A DNA stretch of 62,680 nucleotides, the filler included, from Syncephalis fuscata S228 (taxonomy: Eukaryota; Fungi; Zoopagomycota): assembly GCA_025786725.1 (NCBI GenBank). It is 4 parts of 4 records of this genome, joined end to end, with 100 filler letters (N's around TTAATTAATTAA, not from the genome) between each part and the next. Parts side by side here need not be neighbours in the genome. Positions count along the whole stretch, not along the records: positions 15,736 to 40,388 come from JAHLTZ010000125.1; 3 more parts are not named here. The stretch is one strand, 5' to 3'. Below, in pieces: positions 25,421-38,033 of the stretch. Positions within the stretch are counted from its first letter, which is position 1; the number at the start of each line of letters is the position of its first letter. The position numbers were made by a program, and so were the translations under genes. The notes under the pieces were generated by a model, which saw only the letters and a program-made list of their open reading frames with translations, had not been told where the DNA came from and searched no databases.

Positions 25421-26400
25421 AATGCAGATAGAGTGTATTGCGGCGATAGTCTGTGTGCTAGAGGGGGGTGGTTGTGTATAAAAAGTGCATGTATAAACAT
25501 AGTGCGTAAAAGGAGTAAAAGGATAAAAGTTTAGCACGTTAATTATCGGTTGTTTATTTCGTTATATATATATTGTAATTAATAGATAGAATTGGGCTAT
25601 ATCGCTATAGATGGCCATGGCTTGGATGGCTATACAGCCATAATAATGCAGGTAAATGGACTGTATTATGTGGTAGCGATAGTAGTGTGGGAAGATGCGT
25701 GAAGCATTATACTAACTGATTGCACAGCGACAACATTGGATAGGTAGCGTATTTGCATGCTTCTAGCCATCGTAGATGAGCAACTGTTCAGCTAAGTGTC
25801 TAGTTATAGTCACGTGACATACACATTAAGGCAATTGTGAGTTGAATGGCAGTATTTTGATGGGAAAAATGTGAAACGGCCTAGTTTGCGTAAAAGTAGG
25901 CGAAGTTCGTAAATATTGCAACAAGTGGTGGAGAATAGACGGAAAGGCCCCCGGACTGGCGCAGTGCAATGCGGCGGAATCGGTCGGGAAATTAGCAGGC
26001 CATCCTGTAAAGGTACGATGATGCGGCGGTCAAAGCGGTATAAGGCTGTAGGAGCTCGGGATAGTATGACCGGTATCGATGGATAGCGCTTGCAAAAAAC
26101 GTTACAGATGACCGGGCCGTTTGGCATTTGATTACATATCCGTTAGGTAACTGGCTGTTGAGTGTAATCGTGTAAAATTGCCACCGTATTTATTGATGCA
26201 AATTATTAGCATAAATTTGGACAAGACTGTCACATTTTTGGTTAGCCGTCCTAATCCAATTTCCAGCCTGTGCTGTGTGATTTGGGACCCCCCAAACGAC
26301 CCTTTCTACTCAAAAAACACCCCTTTGATAAGTATGTAGAAAGGACATAACAAAACAGATTGGTGAAAACCGATCAGTAATGACTTGACTTTTCTCAACA

Positions 26401-26543
26401 AACATTTATGTTTAATTGACGATCTTTATTGTCTGATTCAGTTCGGACGACGATAATTGTCTCTATAATATTTATGTTTATAACATTTATGTTTAATTGA
26501 TGATCTTTATTGTCTGATTCAGTTCGGACAACGATAATTGTCG
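26401..26543 (+). repeat. Tandem duplication of ~60 bp, period ~82 bp
   Basis: AACATTTATGTTTAATTGAYGATCTTTATTGTCTGATTCAGTTCGGACRACGATAATTGTC occurs twice. Confidence 0.95.
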
Positions 26544-28116
26544 CTAATAACGTTCATGCTTATGTTTAATATATACAACTGTGTATATCCGCCCCAATTA
26601 CATTCGTCGATACACGTATTGTGTTTGTATATGAGGGATATTTGACCACGGTGTTAATCATGTCCAACTCTTGGCTAGATTACAACCGAAGTCAATGGTG
26701 CTTACACTTTTGCTTATAACACGGTACTAGTGTGCATCAGTCATTGTATCGGGCCTTTTGGTCGGATCAAAAAATGAAGCTGGTGTATTATTGTTACCAA
26801 ATGTTGGTATAAATAACACCTGGACAGTCTCTCGATGTACGTCGTCGACAGTCCAAGCTTCATTATTTCAACTCGCCGGTACCGCAACAAACGGTGTTAC
26901 ATATTTATATGTGATGCGCTGTGCGTTGTAGGTCGGCATGTTTCACGCAGATCTTTATGCCGTGTTTAATTGATATCTATATGACACACATTGATGTTGT
27001 ATAGTATTCGATTAGACCGTCGTATAGCATTTGTGACGAAAAAGGTTGAAAGACTAGCAATAAGCAAATGCTACTATTATATTACAATCAAAATTAAGAA
27101 ATAGGGGCGTATTTTTAAAGCAATATTTTTATTGTTGCAAGTTAGACTAAAATCTAATTGGCCACATTGCTTTAAAAAATACAATATTTTTATATTCAAA
27201 ATATTGTATAACACGTCTTCAATATGCACAAATGGCTGCTTATCTTTCAACAAAACATTAATTTCAAGGTTAGTAGTATTTATTATTATTTAAGCGTTAT
27301 CAAATAAAAATAGTTTAAAGTTCTAGCAGTAATTAAAAAGCTATGTATAAAATAAAGTTTTATTTTTTATTTTAAGGCATAACATTTAAATAATATGTTT
27401 TATATTGTAAATTAGTGCACTGTCGTTATTTTTACAACAATGGTCAATTTGCTGGTTGGATAAGACACCAAATAAAAGATAAAATCAAAGTTGGAGTAGA
27501 GTCAATACTAATACTTATAGTATTTGATCAAATAAATGTGACATTTAAACATTTTGAATGTGTTTTATCTGTTAAAAATATATAATAATGGCATCTGCCA
27601 AAACAAAAAATGATACACCTTAATAATACAAAGTATTAATATTAATACACTTATTGTTAACTTTAAATAGTAATTGTAACGATGTAAATATGCATCGAGT
27701 AAGAGAAAAAAACGTTAAATTTTATTTAATAAACCAAAATAATTATATATTTATGTAACTAAAACTTTCTATAACTGAGTGTTTAAGCAATTGTTAGTAA
27801 ATCTAGCATTGTAAATGTTACAGCAACATTAATGCATTTTTAATACCAATTAATATAGTCAATACATTTTCAACAATACTGGGAAAGAATGCTTTGGACG
27901 TTCACGTCGTCTTTCCTGTGAGTAGTAGATCTTAGGAAGATCTACGAAACTAACACAAAGCAAAATTAGATAGTGGTCTGACTAGCCGTTACTCTGGTCT
28001 GTAGAGGAGTTGATTGAATGTAGCCTGGAGAACTACAAAATATAAAATAAAATACATAACTAATGGTAAATTTTTAAAAGAATTTCATTGTGATCATATT
28101 ACAGTGTTTTTTAAAT

Positions 28117-28218
28117 AATAAGTTTTTGGAAAAAGAAATAGATGATATAATAACTGGAGGAGTAATAGAATTATCGAATAGCCCCTGGTAATTTCCAATA
28201 GTGTTAGCTAAAAAGAAA
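28117..28218 (+). mobile_element. Ty3/Gypsy reverse-transcriptase N-terminal relic
   Basis: Translates NKFLEKEIDDIITGGVIELSNSPW*FPIVLAKKK, matching the Gypsy RT consensus (EI..ML..GII.PS.SPW.SP.VLV.KK), with an internal stop. Confidence 0.75.
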
Positions 28219-29503
28219 TATACACATGCAAGGCTGTTTGTAAAAGCACTTTACTTGAAAACATACTTAAAAGCACTAGTAAATAATCCCTTTAAGCATA
28301 GAAAGAGAACATGAATAACCAACACACTTACTATGCGTGTAGTGCATCAACTGTCATATTGGCTATGTTTCATATCAACAGCGCTAATTACAATAAATGC
28401 GTGGCAAATGATGGTTTATTCAGCAGGGGTATAGTTATTTAATCTGGATTCAATTGCAATTGTCTAACAGCTTAAAGTGACTTGCTATGTGTAATCATAA
28501 AATATAGTTGTTATAGTTATACGGTTTTTACCATTATAAGAATTCAAAATTCACTTACTGACTGTTTTAAATGTTGATATGTTATTACACAAAAAACACT
28601 ATATAAAAAATATTAAATACTATAAATAAAGAAATACACTCTTTTAATCCCTTACATTCCTAACCGCTTTGTTAAGTTTCCTAAAACTATTATACTGTTA
28701 TTGCTTAACCAAATTATATGATTCAATGAAATTTAATTTAAACTTCGTTGTACGTAAATTAAGGTTTTCTCGTCAGGGTCCTTTGCCTGACTCTGCATTT
28801 TAACTGCCGACAGTATCATAAATACTTAATGCCGTGGGCCAAACATTAGATAAACAACTTTTTCTACTTCCAATTACTTTTAGCTTATTTTTAAGTTCAT
28901 ACAGTTGCAACTTCTGTGTAAATTACTGAATAAAGCTATTTATTGATAATAAGAGTTGTTAAGCTATTAATTAATAATATTTATTGCTTTAAATAATTAA
29001 CAATTGACTAAGCTACCTTCATTACTCTTTCTCTTTTATTCAAATTGCTTAGCAAACATTACATTACCATAAACCTAGTTGTGTAATAACATAACAATTG
29101 CTGCACCATGCACTGATTTATGATTAAAATAAAATGGACAGTATAAACATTACATTGTTTATAGATGCTATAGCATACGGTTAAAGTGTTCATAGTACAT
29201 TGCAACAATTACGTATTAATTTCGTAATTAAACATGTGTGAGACATGCATGCGAGATTTACAATACCACTTACTATTAGCCTTATTATCAGTATCTAGTA
29301 GTAACATTTTAATAAACGACATGTTTTTCTGTTTAAAATTTATATTTGTTTCACCACGTATACAAACCATTATCCATAAATCCTCCGTATTAAATGAATG
29401 TAAATTACGACAGGAATTTTACAATATATTAATAAATACACGACTCAAACTTAAAAAAGATAAATTTAGATTTATAGCACGTAATCATATTGTTATTGTT
29501 CTA

Positions 29504-30179
29504 TAAATTTAGATACAGCAACATTTGGCGAGCACACCAGGACCGACTTAAACCATATTTTCCGCCATGGTTGAGCATGAGGACGCACTCTAATCTAATG
29601 CGAGGGAATGTTAATGTTTTATAATTGTCAGGCAAATAAGAACATGACAAAGCCACACGAATATTATCATCATCAATTAGCGGGTGACGATGATAATGCT
29701 GTTATTATTACTAACATTGTCATCATCACCATCACCATCATTGTTATTACTATTAATATCAATACCTTTTATTTATAAAATAAATGTATATAAATCACCT
29801 GATAAGTCATCCAAGTGATGACCGGTCACTTGAACTTAACTAAGAATCACCTGAGCTATCCTTTCTCCCTCTCAATTACAATATATATTAGGCCCACTAT
29901 TAAATAACAAAATAAAAATTATTTGTTTTATTCTTAATTTTAGTTTCATTTAAAATTTTTTCACAGTTTACAAATTATATAAACTGTGCCAATACGCTAA
30001 ATAACTTTCAATTGATTATTTTAATTTATTAACACTACTTGACTAACACAAGACCAATACTGACCAAGTATTTGAGTTATCAAGATAAGGTGAGCAATTC
30101 TTGTACAACTAACTTGTTATTTAGGTACACAGTCAAGATTAGATGTTGTTTAGTCAATTTGTTGCTGTATCTAAATTTA
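29504..30179. mobile_element. MITE/foldback-like non-autonomous element (~680 bp)
   Basis: Perfect 20-bp inverted repeat TAAATTTAGATACAGCAACA (29504-29523) / TGTTGCTGTATCTAAATTTA (30160-30179) with imperfect extension; non-coding interior. Confidence 0.6.
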
Positions 30180-30797
30180 CAAAATAATAATAACATAATA
30201 TTAGGAATAAAAATAGACAATGCTTTATTATGTGTGTGTGTGTGTATTGTTAAGCTATTTTATAGCTGCAATATTTGTTGGTAAATGTATTGTGCTAACA
30301 ATGCTAAATATGTAATTTTCATATTAAAATAGTCAGGGATCGTCAGGGGCCGTCAGGGATTATTGGCTACATACCAATATTATTCATATAAGTGTAATGA
30401 AGGTGCTGTAATTAATATTGGCATACTTTTAACACTTGGTTTGTCGTAACAAAAGAGTTGTTACTACTCAACTTGTTACACGTGTATTCAATCTAAATAG
30501 CAAGTAACATTAGAGATCACAAGGTTAAATATACAATTATATTGCATCATATTACGAATAATTATTGTTTTAAAACATAATAATGTAGTTTATTACGTGC
30601 GTAAAAAGAAACTCATACAAAAGGACGAGCGTCTATTTTTAATTCAAGAAAATGCATGTATGCAAAAAGGGAGTGCTTGCGCGATCCTATAGTTGAAAAG
30701 AAACAAAAACAGAGAGAGAGAGAGAAAGGAAAGAAACGAGAAAAGGAAATAAAGCAAGTCTTGAAAGACTTGTAGTCTATGCAGTGTATACACGCGT

Positions 30798-32400
30798 CTA
30801 TGCAGGTTTCCGACCGGTAATGATAAGTACATCGATACTGGCGTCGAAGGCCGCCACTTCTTCTTCTAGCGCTTTAACTGCCCATGCAAGCTGTTCGGCT
30901 GTCACGCCCAGATGCTCAACACTTGCTTGGTAGCCTTGAACAAGAGCCTGGCGAACTCGCAGTGCCTGTTGACTATGCACACCATCCTTAGGATTAAGCG
31001 TAAAGCGCAAACGTAGACAGGTGACCTGTTCAAAACGTGCGTTTCGATACTCTGTTTGCTCGAAGATGGTCGAGGCGTATTCGCTTTTAGTGTCGTCTTC
31101 GTGTGCGGCATCATTATTATGGTTACTGTTATTTGACGCAAGACTAATAGCGGTAGAGCTGCTTGAAGAACGTGTGTGTCCATCGTTGTTGCCGTTACCA
31201 CCACTGCCACTACTGCTTCGATTATTGAGCCGACTTGATTTGCGTGAAATTGGCTTATCGGCCTGTGAGAGTAGCATGTCGCAAATGGCCGAAGCAGATA
31301 CTGCATTATTTACACCATCAGCCTCTGCGTTGGCATAGGCAACTGCATAGTCTACCGGTCGCATAATATCAACTTCGGTTGTTCCAGAATCGCCAACCAT
31401 AAGACCGGCTAGATTCTCCACCATGGCAACATCGACACCGCGTTTCTCTAGTACGCGCATGTGCCAGTCATTAAGCAGTTTACAGATGGGACCGCCACCA
31501 TGAATAAGATTGTCAGTTACAACTAGTTCGACACTGCCACCAGGGGCACAGACGCGACGCAGCTCATCAAGTAATAGTGGCCATTCGTCAGAGGGAACAC
31601 CCATTTCCAAAAATCGCTGATAAACAAAGTCAAACGATGCATCTGAGTAGGGAAGACCTGAATAAAACAATAGATATAGCGTTAATTATTTGATCATTCC
31701 AGTGTAATGTAATGCTTGCTTACCTTTTAATACATCGCCTAGATCAAATTGGCAATTTTTTGGAATAATATCACGTGGCTGTACATCGCTAATATCAATA
31801 CCAACACATCGAGTGTTTGGAAATTCACTGGCCATTTCCTAATAAATTGCATAGTCGCGATTAGCTGATGTGGTAAATATTACAGCTCGTGTTCTACTTA
31901 CCAATAGCCAGGCGCCAGACCCGGTGCCTACATCAAGAACGGAACTGGGCTTTTTCAGTTTCGTTACATAGTTGTTGTGTAAAATCTGCTTTAAATGAAA
32001 ATGCATTTGATCCATACTAAATTGCTAAATTAATTTAAAATCTATTAATAGCTGTTATTACTTACACTTCTAGCTGCTCATTATCGCTAGGAAGGGGGTA
32101 AGGCGTGGCTAACAAAGTTCTTTCCAATAATTGGTTATATGATTGTGACCGAAAGCGTGGCGAAAATGGAACGTGTTGCTGCAGCCAATTGGCAATGGAA
32201 GGCTGGCTGGATGGGGTGCGAGGACTTTTGAGCTCATGATACGGCTGATGATCTGCATTGCAGTTGCCCAGGCAGCATTCTGATGAAAAACTGCTAGTGT
32301 CGTCGATGGGCCCGTGAATACATTTGCCGAATGATTCAACCGCAGATTTTGAGCTACCACTGTTGCCAGAAAGGATAGAAAGTACGCCGCGAAATTTCAT
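30798..32400 (-). CDS. Class I SAM-dependent methyltransferase (LaeA-like fungal family), 4 exons
   Basis: VLDVGTGSGAWLL, MASEFPNTRCVGIDIS, NCQF, GLPYSDASFDFVYQRFL, ELRRVCAPGGSVE. Confidence 0.92.
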
Positions 32401-35400
32401 AATCAATATGTTATTGTTGTCGAAGATAAATTTAATATCAAAAAGTTGGGCGCAGTTGATTCTAAGTTCGCCTTAGCAGATACAGCTGTCTAACAACATA
32501 AAAGGGTACTGATGAAAAAGAAAAGAAAGATAAGAATACGACACAGTGGCGATAATTGAAAACGCCAGCAGATAATCGCAAATAAAATCGATAGACGCGC
32601 TAATAATAAGAAACGAAGAAGCTGGAATGGCGAAAGATGCCGTGTTTACGCATACTATATAAAGAATACAATACGGCTGGCGGAGTTTAAAATCAATCTC
32701 CGTGACTTGTGAGGCGAGACCAATGCGGTTGGCCTGGGCGACACCAAGCGGCAACACTGACAATGGTAAAAAAAGAACACCAAGCCTTGCCAAAAAATTT
32801 TGCATTAACTTGCATCTGAGACAAAGGGGATGTTCGTGCGTGTGCACGAATAATCAGCATCCATCAATCTTGCGTCGTCTGATCATGGCCAGCATGGCTA
32901 CAACGTGCACGACCCGCCATCATTTTGTCTGGTGCCTGTTTGTTCTCTATGGCGAACATCACTTATCTCTTAAACACTGCCATGCAGCCAAAAGTATCAT
33001 ATGACATGAGGCCCATTCAGTTTGTGCGCCCAGAAACTAGTTGGCAGCTCGTTGGAGGTTGCTATAAAATGATTTAGGAGTAAATCAGACAATAGATACT
33101 CAGTGTGCAATACACGTGTAGAATGAAAAAACATTCCGCTATTGGCCGAGGCCAAGGCGCTGCTACAACAGGTTATGCCACACTGATTGTTCGGCGGTAA
33201 TTCGACCGCTGCATACCTATTTTCAGCAACGGCTGATGCATGCCATTCTAATTTAATACACGGCACTATTACATGATCTGACGGCAGAATCGGACAATTA
33301 TACATTTGACACTTTGTAATAGATATCGCACAAGGAACCAAGCAGCCAAGTAATTAAAAATACACTGACTTGCGGTGCACATAAGTATACAGGGCCTATT
33401 GCACGTCATCATAGGCATGTGACGTGCTCGGCCAGGATCGTCGCTACTGCTACACAGCGGTGGTGTATTGCCGCCAGCGAGTAAAGCGTGTGTTGGGTAA
33501 TGTCAAATGATAGTGACACCTGTTTTCGTATTGGGCAAATGATGCATGGACCAAAAAGCAATCTGGTAATATTCCAATGTAGCATTTTTGTCTGGGACCA
33601 ACAGGAATCACTTCAAGGTAGTACAAATGAAAATGGCGCTATCTTTTTCTGTTAAGGCGAACATTCTATCAACCAATCAATAGAAATCAGCAATAAAGAT
33701 GCAATTAAATCAATACTCGTTAAGTGAACCAGGTGAAACACTACAACAGTCTCAAGCCATACGTTTCATTATTCGGCTTCATATGGTGTCTCAAGATTGC
33801 TTGTTTATGAGTTAGGAGGAAATGGACAGCGTGACAAATTAATATTTAACAACAGTTTGCTAATGCCGGCCATTCCGCTCGCTCAGCTGAAATAATACCA
33901 TGATTTAATTTTACTCGTCCCAATATAGGCAAAATATGATTTTACGGATGCACAAAGCACAGAGTATTTAATACTAAGGCCACAACGATAAATTTTAAAA
34001 ATTACAGCTTCTAAATAAAAACTGTTTGCCTTTAACCTTTATAGTGCTGTTTCACCAACATAGCATTTTATTCTTTTTAGAAAATATAAGCCTCCATTTA
34101 ACGGAAAAACTATAAAAATTTTAATAAGCAATTGGATATGAAACACATGGCATCAACAACAATGTTATGTATTCTTTAAAAATATCGTTTTCACATGGGA
34201 GTATTGCTTGTCATGCAATGTTGACTTGGCACCTTACAATGTATTTTGAAAAAAACAGGCAAAACAGTTAAACTAAACAACGAAAGCTCACAAAGCAACA
34301 AAAACTAAAACTATTATCATTTAATAAAAATAAACCCAATAAGTGATAACTCATGCGAATAACTATGATACTTGGCTTTGTATTAATTATATGAACTATT
34401 GAGAATATTCGTTATATAGTTATTGTGCCATTTTTAATTTTGAAATGCCAGAAGTAATGAACAAACAATACTTTAGTGTTGCAATAGCTCATAATTCAAG
34501 TTGTTTGTTGCAACAAAAATTTAAAATAGGCCTTGTACCAATTAAATGCCCTATCAGTCAAAACAATAGCAAAATGATTGTGCTACATTATTGCCGTGTT
34601 ACGAAAACACTTCATTCTACATGACATGGTCGAACCGTGTAATAATATAGCATAAATTGATATGTAGATTTCTACTGTGTACATGTGGGATTATTGATAG
34701 TATAGTGTTATCTATATAAATAGTAAGTATACTGGGGCAACCATTAAACTGTATATTACCTACACTACGAAGACACTAATAATAATAATTTAGTCATGTG
34801 ATTTTTAATATATCTTTATTACCATATATGGCAATAATAATTAATATTGCATATAATCACGTGACCAAATTACACACAACATTGATGTAGCCATCACCTA
34901 GCACGCGACTCAGTATCCCAACTAACATACTTAGTAAATAACCAGGACCTTTAAAAGGGCTCTGCCACTTTTATTCCAACATTCAATACATTAAACAAGT
35001 ACTAGTTTACATTAAGTAAACCAATGCTCCTATTCAACATCAAAAAGAAGAAATGAATAAGTTCTTCCTTTATAAATGTTTCTCAATGCAGCTTATTTTA
35101 GTACAAAAACCATTATTTGTTATTATCTTAAATAAACATTATCAGTTACTTTATTTTATTTTATATTAGTTTTATTACAAGTGCTATCTAATTTATTATT
35201 AAGACTAGCGTAGTCATGATTACTTAAGGATTATTATTGTCTTTACAAAATTACAATTGATCAAGTAAGCTACTGGTTATAACATTAATCTATTAATATA
35301 CATTAAAATTAGACATATGTCAGACCTTGAAAATCTACCTGACTGACCACACAACACCCATTCCAACAACTGGTGATATTTGCCACCACTTACACTTTTT

Positions 35401-36257
35401 ACCACATGAATAGTCATATGGATTATTCAACTATATGATTAATCTTATGACAACTCATATAAACAATATCACCTGAGCTCATGACAATTAAGATCGTCAA
35501 CATCATTAGCGACGTCATATTATTATCATTATTATCATTATTATGATTATTATTGCACTAATATACTAACTATTTGTTTAGTATATGAACCAACATATTT
35601 TGTCAATCAAATAAACATGATCTTACATCCAATCGTTCACTTTCCTATCTACAATACATATTTTGTTGCTAAAATACTACGATAGTTTGAAAATAGTGAC
35701 TTTGACAACAACATAGCATATATAATATATTCTGTTTGTGTTATTAGTATATTCATAAAAGTGAATGATTTGTATATTTAATACAACTAGATGCTGATAT
35801 CATTACTACACTTTTCTTTCTGTCAGATACCCAGTATTATCATCTAATTTATACTAAATATACTCTATCACATATTCTATTTAGTTATTGTATTAAACCA
35901 ATATTATTATAAGCATGTTTATTGCTGTTATTGCTACATAATTGTGCATCATTCGGCCAACACAGCTACTTCAATGCTAAATTAAAGCAAATCTATCATA
36001 CCCGACACATTATATATAAATAAAGCTATTAATAAATACACAATTCTTGTAAATAAAACAAAGCAAATAATGTAGATTAAGAACAAACAAAGGAATAAAA
36101 ATATATAAATTACATGAGATAAAGGCAACAATAATATATTTATTGATCACTCATGCATATGCGCAATTAACGTAGTGCCCATTATAATTTAAAATAATAC
36201 TAAAAGTCTATTATTCTAGCTGTATACTGTTGTACATAATTTATATCTATTAGCGTG

Positions 36258-37258
36258 CTATTCTATGAGGAGCTGACTGTATTCTAAACGAACTCGATGT
36301 AAGCTAGAAACTTGTTTTATATCTTGAAACCGCTTACCTTTGCATGATCACACTGACCAATTTCATAAAATCCACATACTGTGCCTCCGTCCAAGAGTCG
36401 CTGCCAAACCTTGCCGCCTCGTAGGCATTTACATAGACGCGTGCTATTTGACGATCAATGACCGAGTACGTGACAAGCATATCAAAGTATTGATGTGCTG
36501 TCATGCCAGGTGTTCGCTGCGGAATCGATAACTGTACTTGTGCCTCCTCGGCTATTATCGTTACATCAGACTAGAATTGCTTATTATTGTATATTTATCC
36601 ATATAACCTACCAATAATGTCAAATGTTTCACATGCTGATGCGGTAAATTGTACGTTATCAAGTGCACTATCTAGCAGAATTGATGATCATATATCAGTC
36701 AGCCATTGTATATTATATTTTTGTAAACTGTAATGGCCAGCAAACAATAGTTACCTGGTTGGCCCCAGCCTGGCCGTACACTTTCTTCCGGCAATGGTTT
36801 AATATCCGTGCGGATCTGATCAACTTTCGCCAACTCTTCATGCACCATAACAAAAAGCCGCTATTTATCAGATACCGCAAAGTGTTTTAGTTAGCTGATG
36901 TATGAATAGTATACTTACACTGTACCTTTGGAAGATCCTCAATACGAATTGGAATTGCACTTCGTGGAATAGCGTGTTTTGCTCGTCTCATAGCAAGTAC
37001 TCGTGTGCAGCTAAAAAGTGTAGCCAGAACGCCCTGAACAATAACACTCGGCATTAGTTGAGTAGCAATACAGTAGCAGGTTATAATCACCAAGAAAAAA
37101 TACGAAGAGCCTATTGCTAGCAAGCTTCGATAATCCCGGCCATCTGTGGCAGCTTGATAAAGAATATCATAGGCAGCACCGGCCAAACAGGCAGATGCCC
37201 CAAGTATGAATACGCTAAGAGAAGCACGGTAGAGAAGACCACGATGTGTACGCTTCAT
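36258..37258 (-). CDS. DLT1: DLT1-like (defect at low temperature 1) membrane protein
   Basis: Two N-terminal TM helices around D..YQA, then IPRSAIPIRIEDLPK, GWGQPG, RYRF: a fungal Dlt1 pattern. Confidence 0.7.
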
Positions 37259-38033
37259 TATACCGCTACTGCTACTGCTATTACCGCTGCTATTGCCACT
37301 ACACCGACTATACGGTTATTATTGCTTTGTAATTCCTTGACAAAACAAGGCAAGGGGTAAGAGGTTGAAGAAAAGTAAAAGAATTATATTACAGCCTATT
37401 TGGCTCTAGTGAATGACTGTTATACACTTGTCAGTGCACATTACAAATAATTTTACTTGATCTATTGACCAATTAATAAACAAAACTCCAGTATACTTAC
37501 AACTAAGTGATGTCCATCAAGATGATTGCTTTTGACTGTTCTTGTAATTACTATGTCTAGCATAGTAATTAATACCGTGGTGAAAGTAAATTTTATTTGC
37601 ATAATATGCTGCTAATATTAGTTGTAGTGAAAATGAACAGCATCAGCAGTTCTCATGGTCACGACTACAATTTTAACAGCACTCTTAGTTCATGCCAAGA
37701 GGGTAGCACGTACACTTTACATTGTGCAGTATCCATTTTACTATACTGCCAATTTATAGCAATACTTAAACTATCGTAATTGATCGATATTGGCCATGCT
37801 ACCAAGGATCATATGCCGTCTAGCGCATGTTGTCCATTCATATGACGACATTTGCATTACTTGCCACCTTATAGGCAGTGGCAGTCACGAGTGTTTTCAG
37901 TTCACCCTTTCGTGGTCGCCCACTTTCTTAGTTGCCCTCGGTTTTCTCGCCTTTCATTTTCATTAACGACAACTTTTATATTTCCTCTACCTTTGCCGTG
38001 TCTGCTATATTAGGCTGAAGCGATCCAGCCCTG

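Noticed and set aside
25302-25818. GTCACGTGA motifs like point-centromere CDEI
   Set aside because: A common E-box; no CDEII/CDEIII arrangement, and point centromeres are Saccharomycetaceae-specific.
25810-26127. 105-aa ORF in a GC-richer patch
   Set aside because: No recognisable motif or splice structure.
23913-26543. CRISPR-like or telomeric array
   Set aside because: No repeat-unique spacer structure, no cas genes, eukaryotic context, no TTAGGG-type tract.
26748-26770. TCGGGCCTTTTGGTCGGATCAA resembles the U2 snRNA 5' stem
   Set aside because: The branch-recognition GTGTAGTA and the Sm site do not follow.
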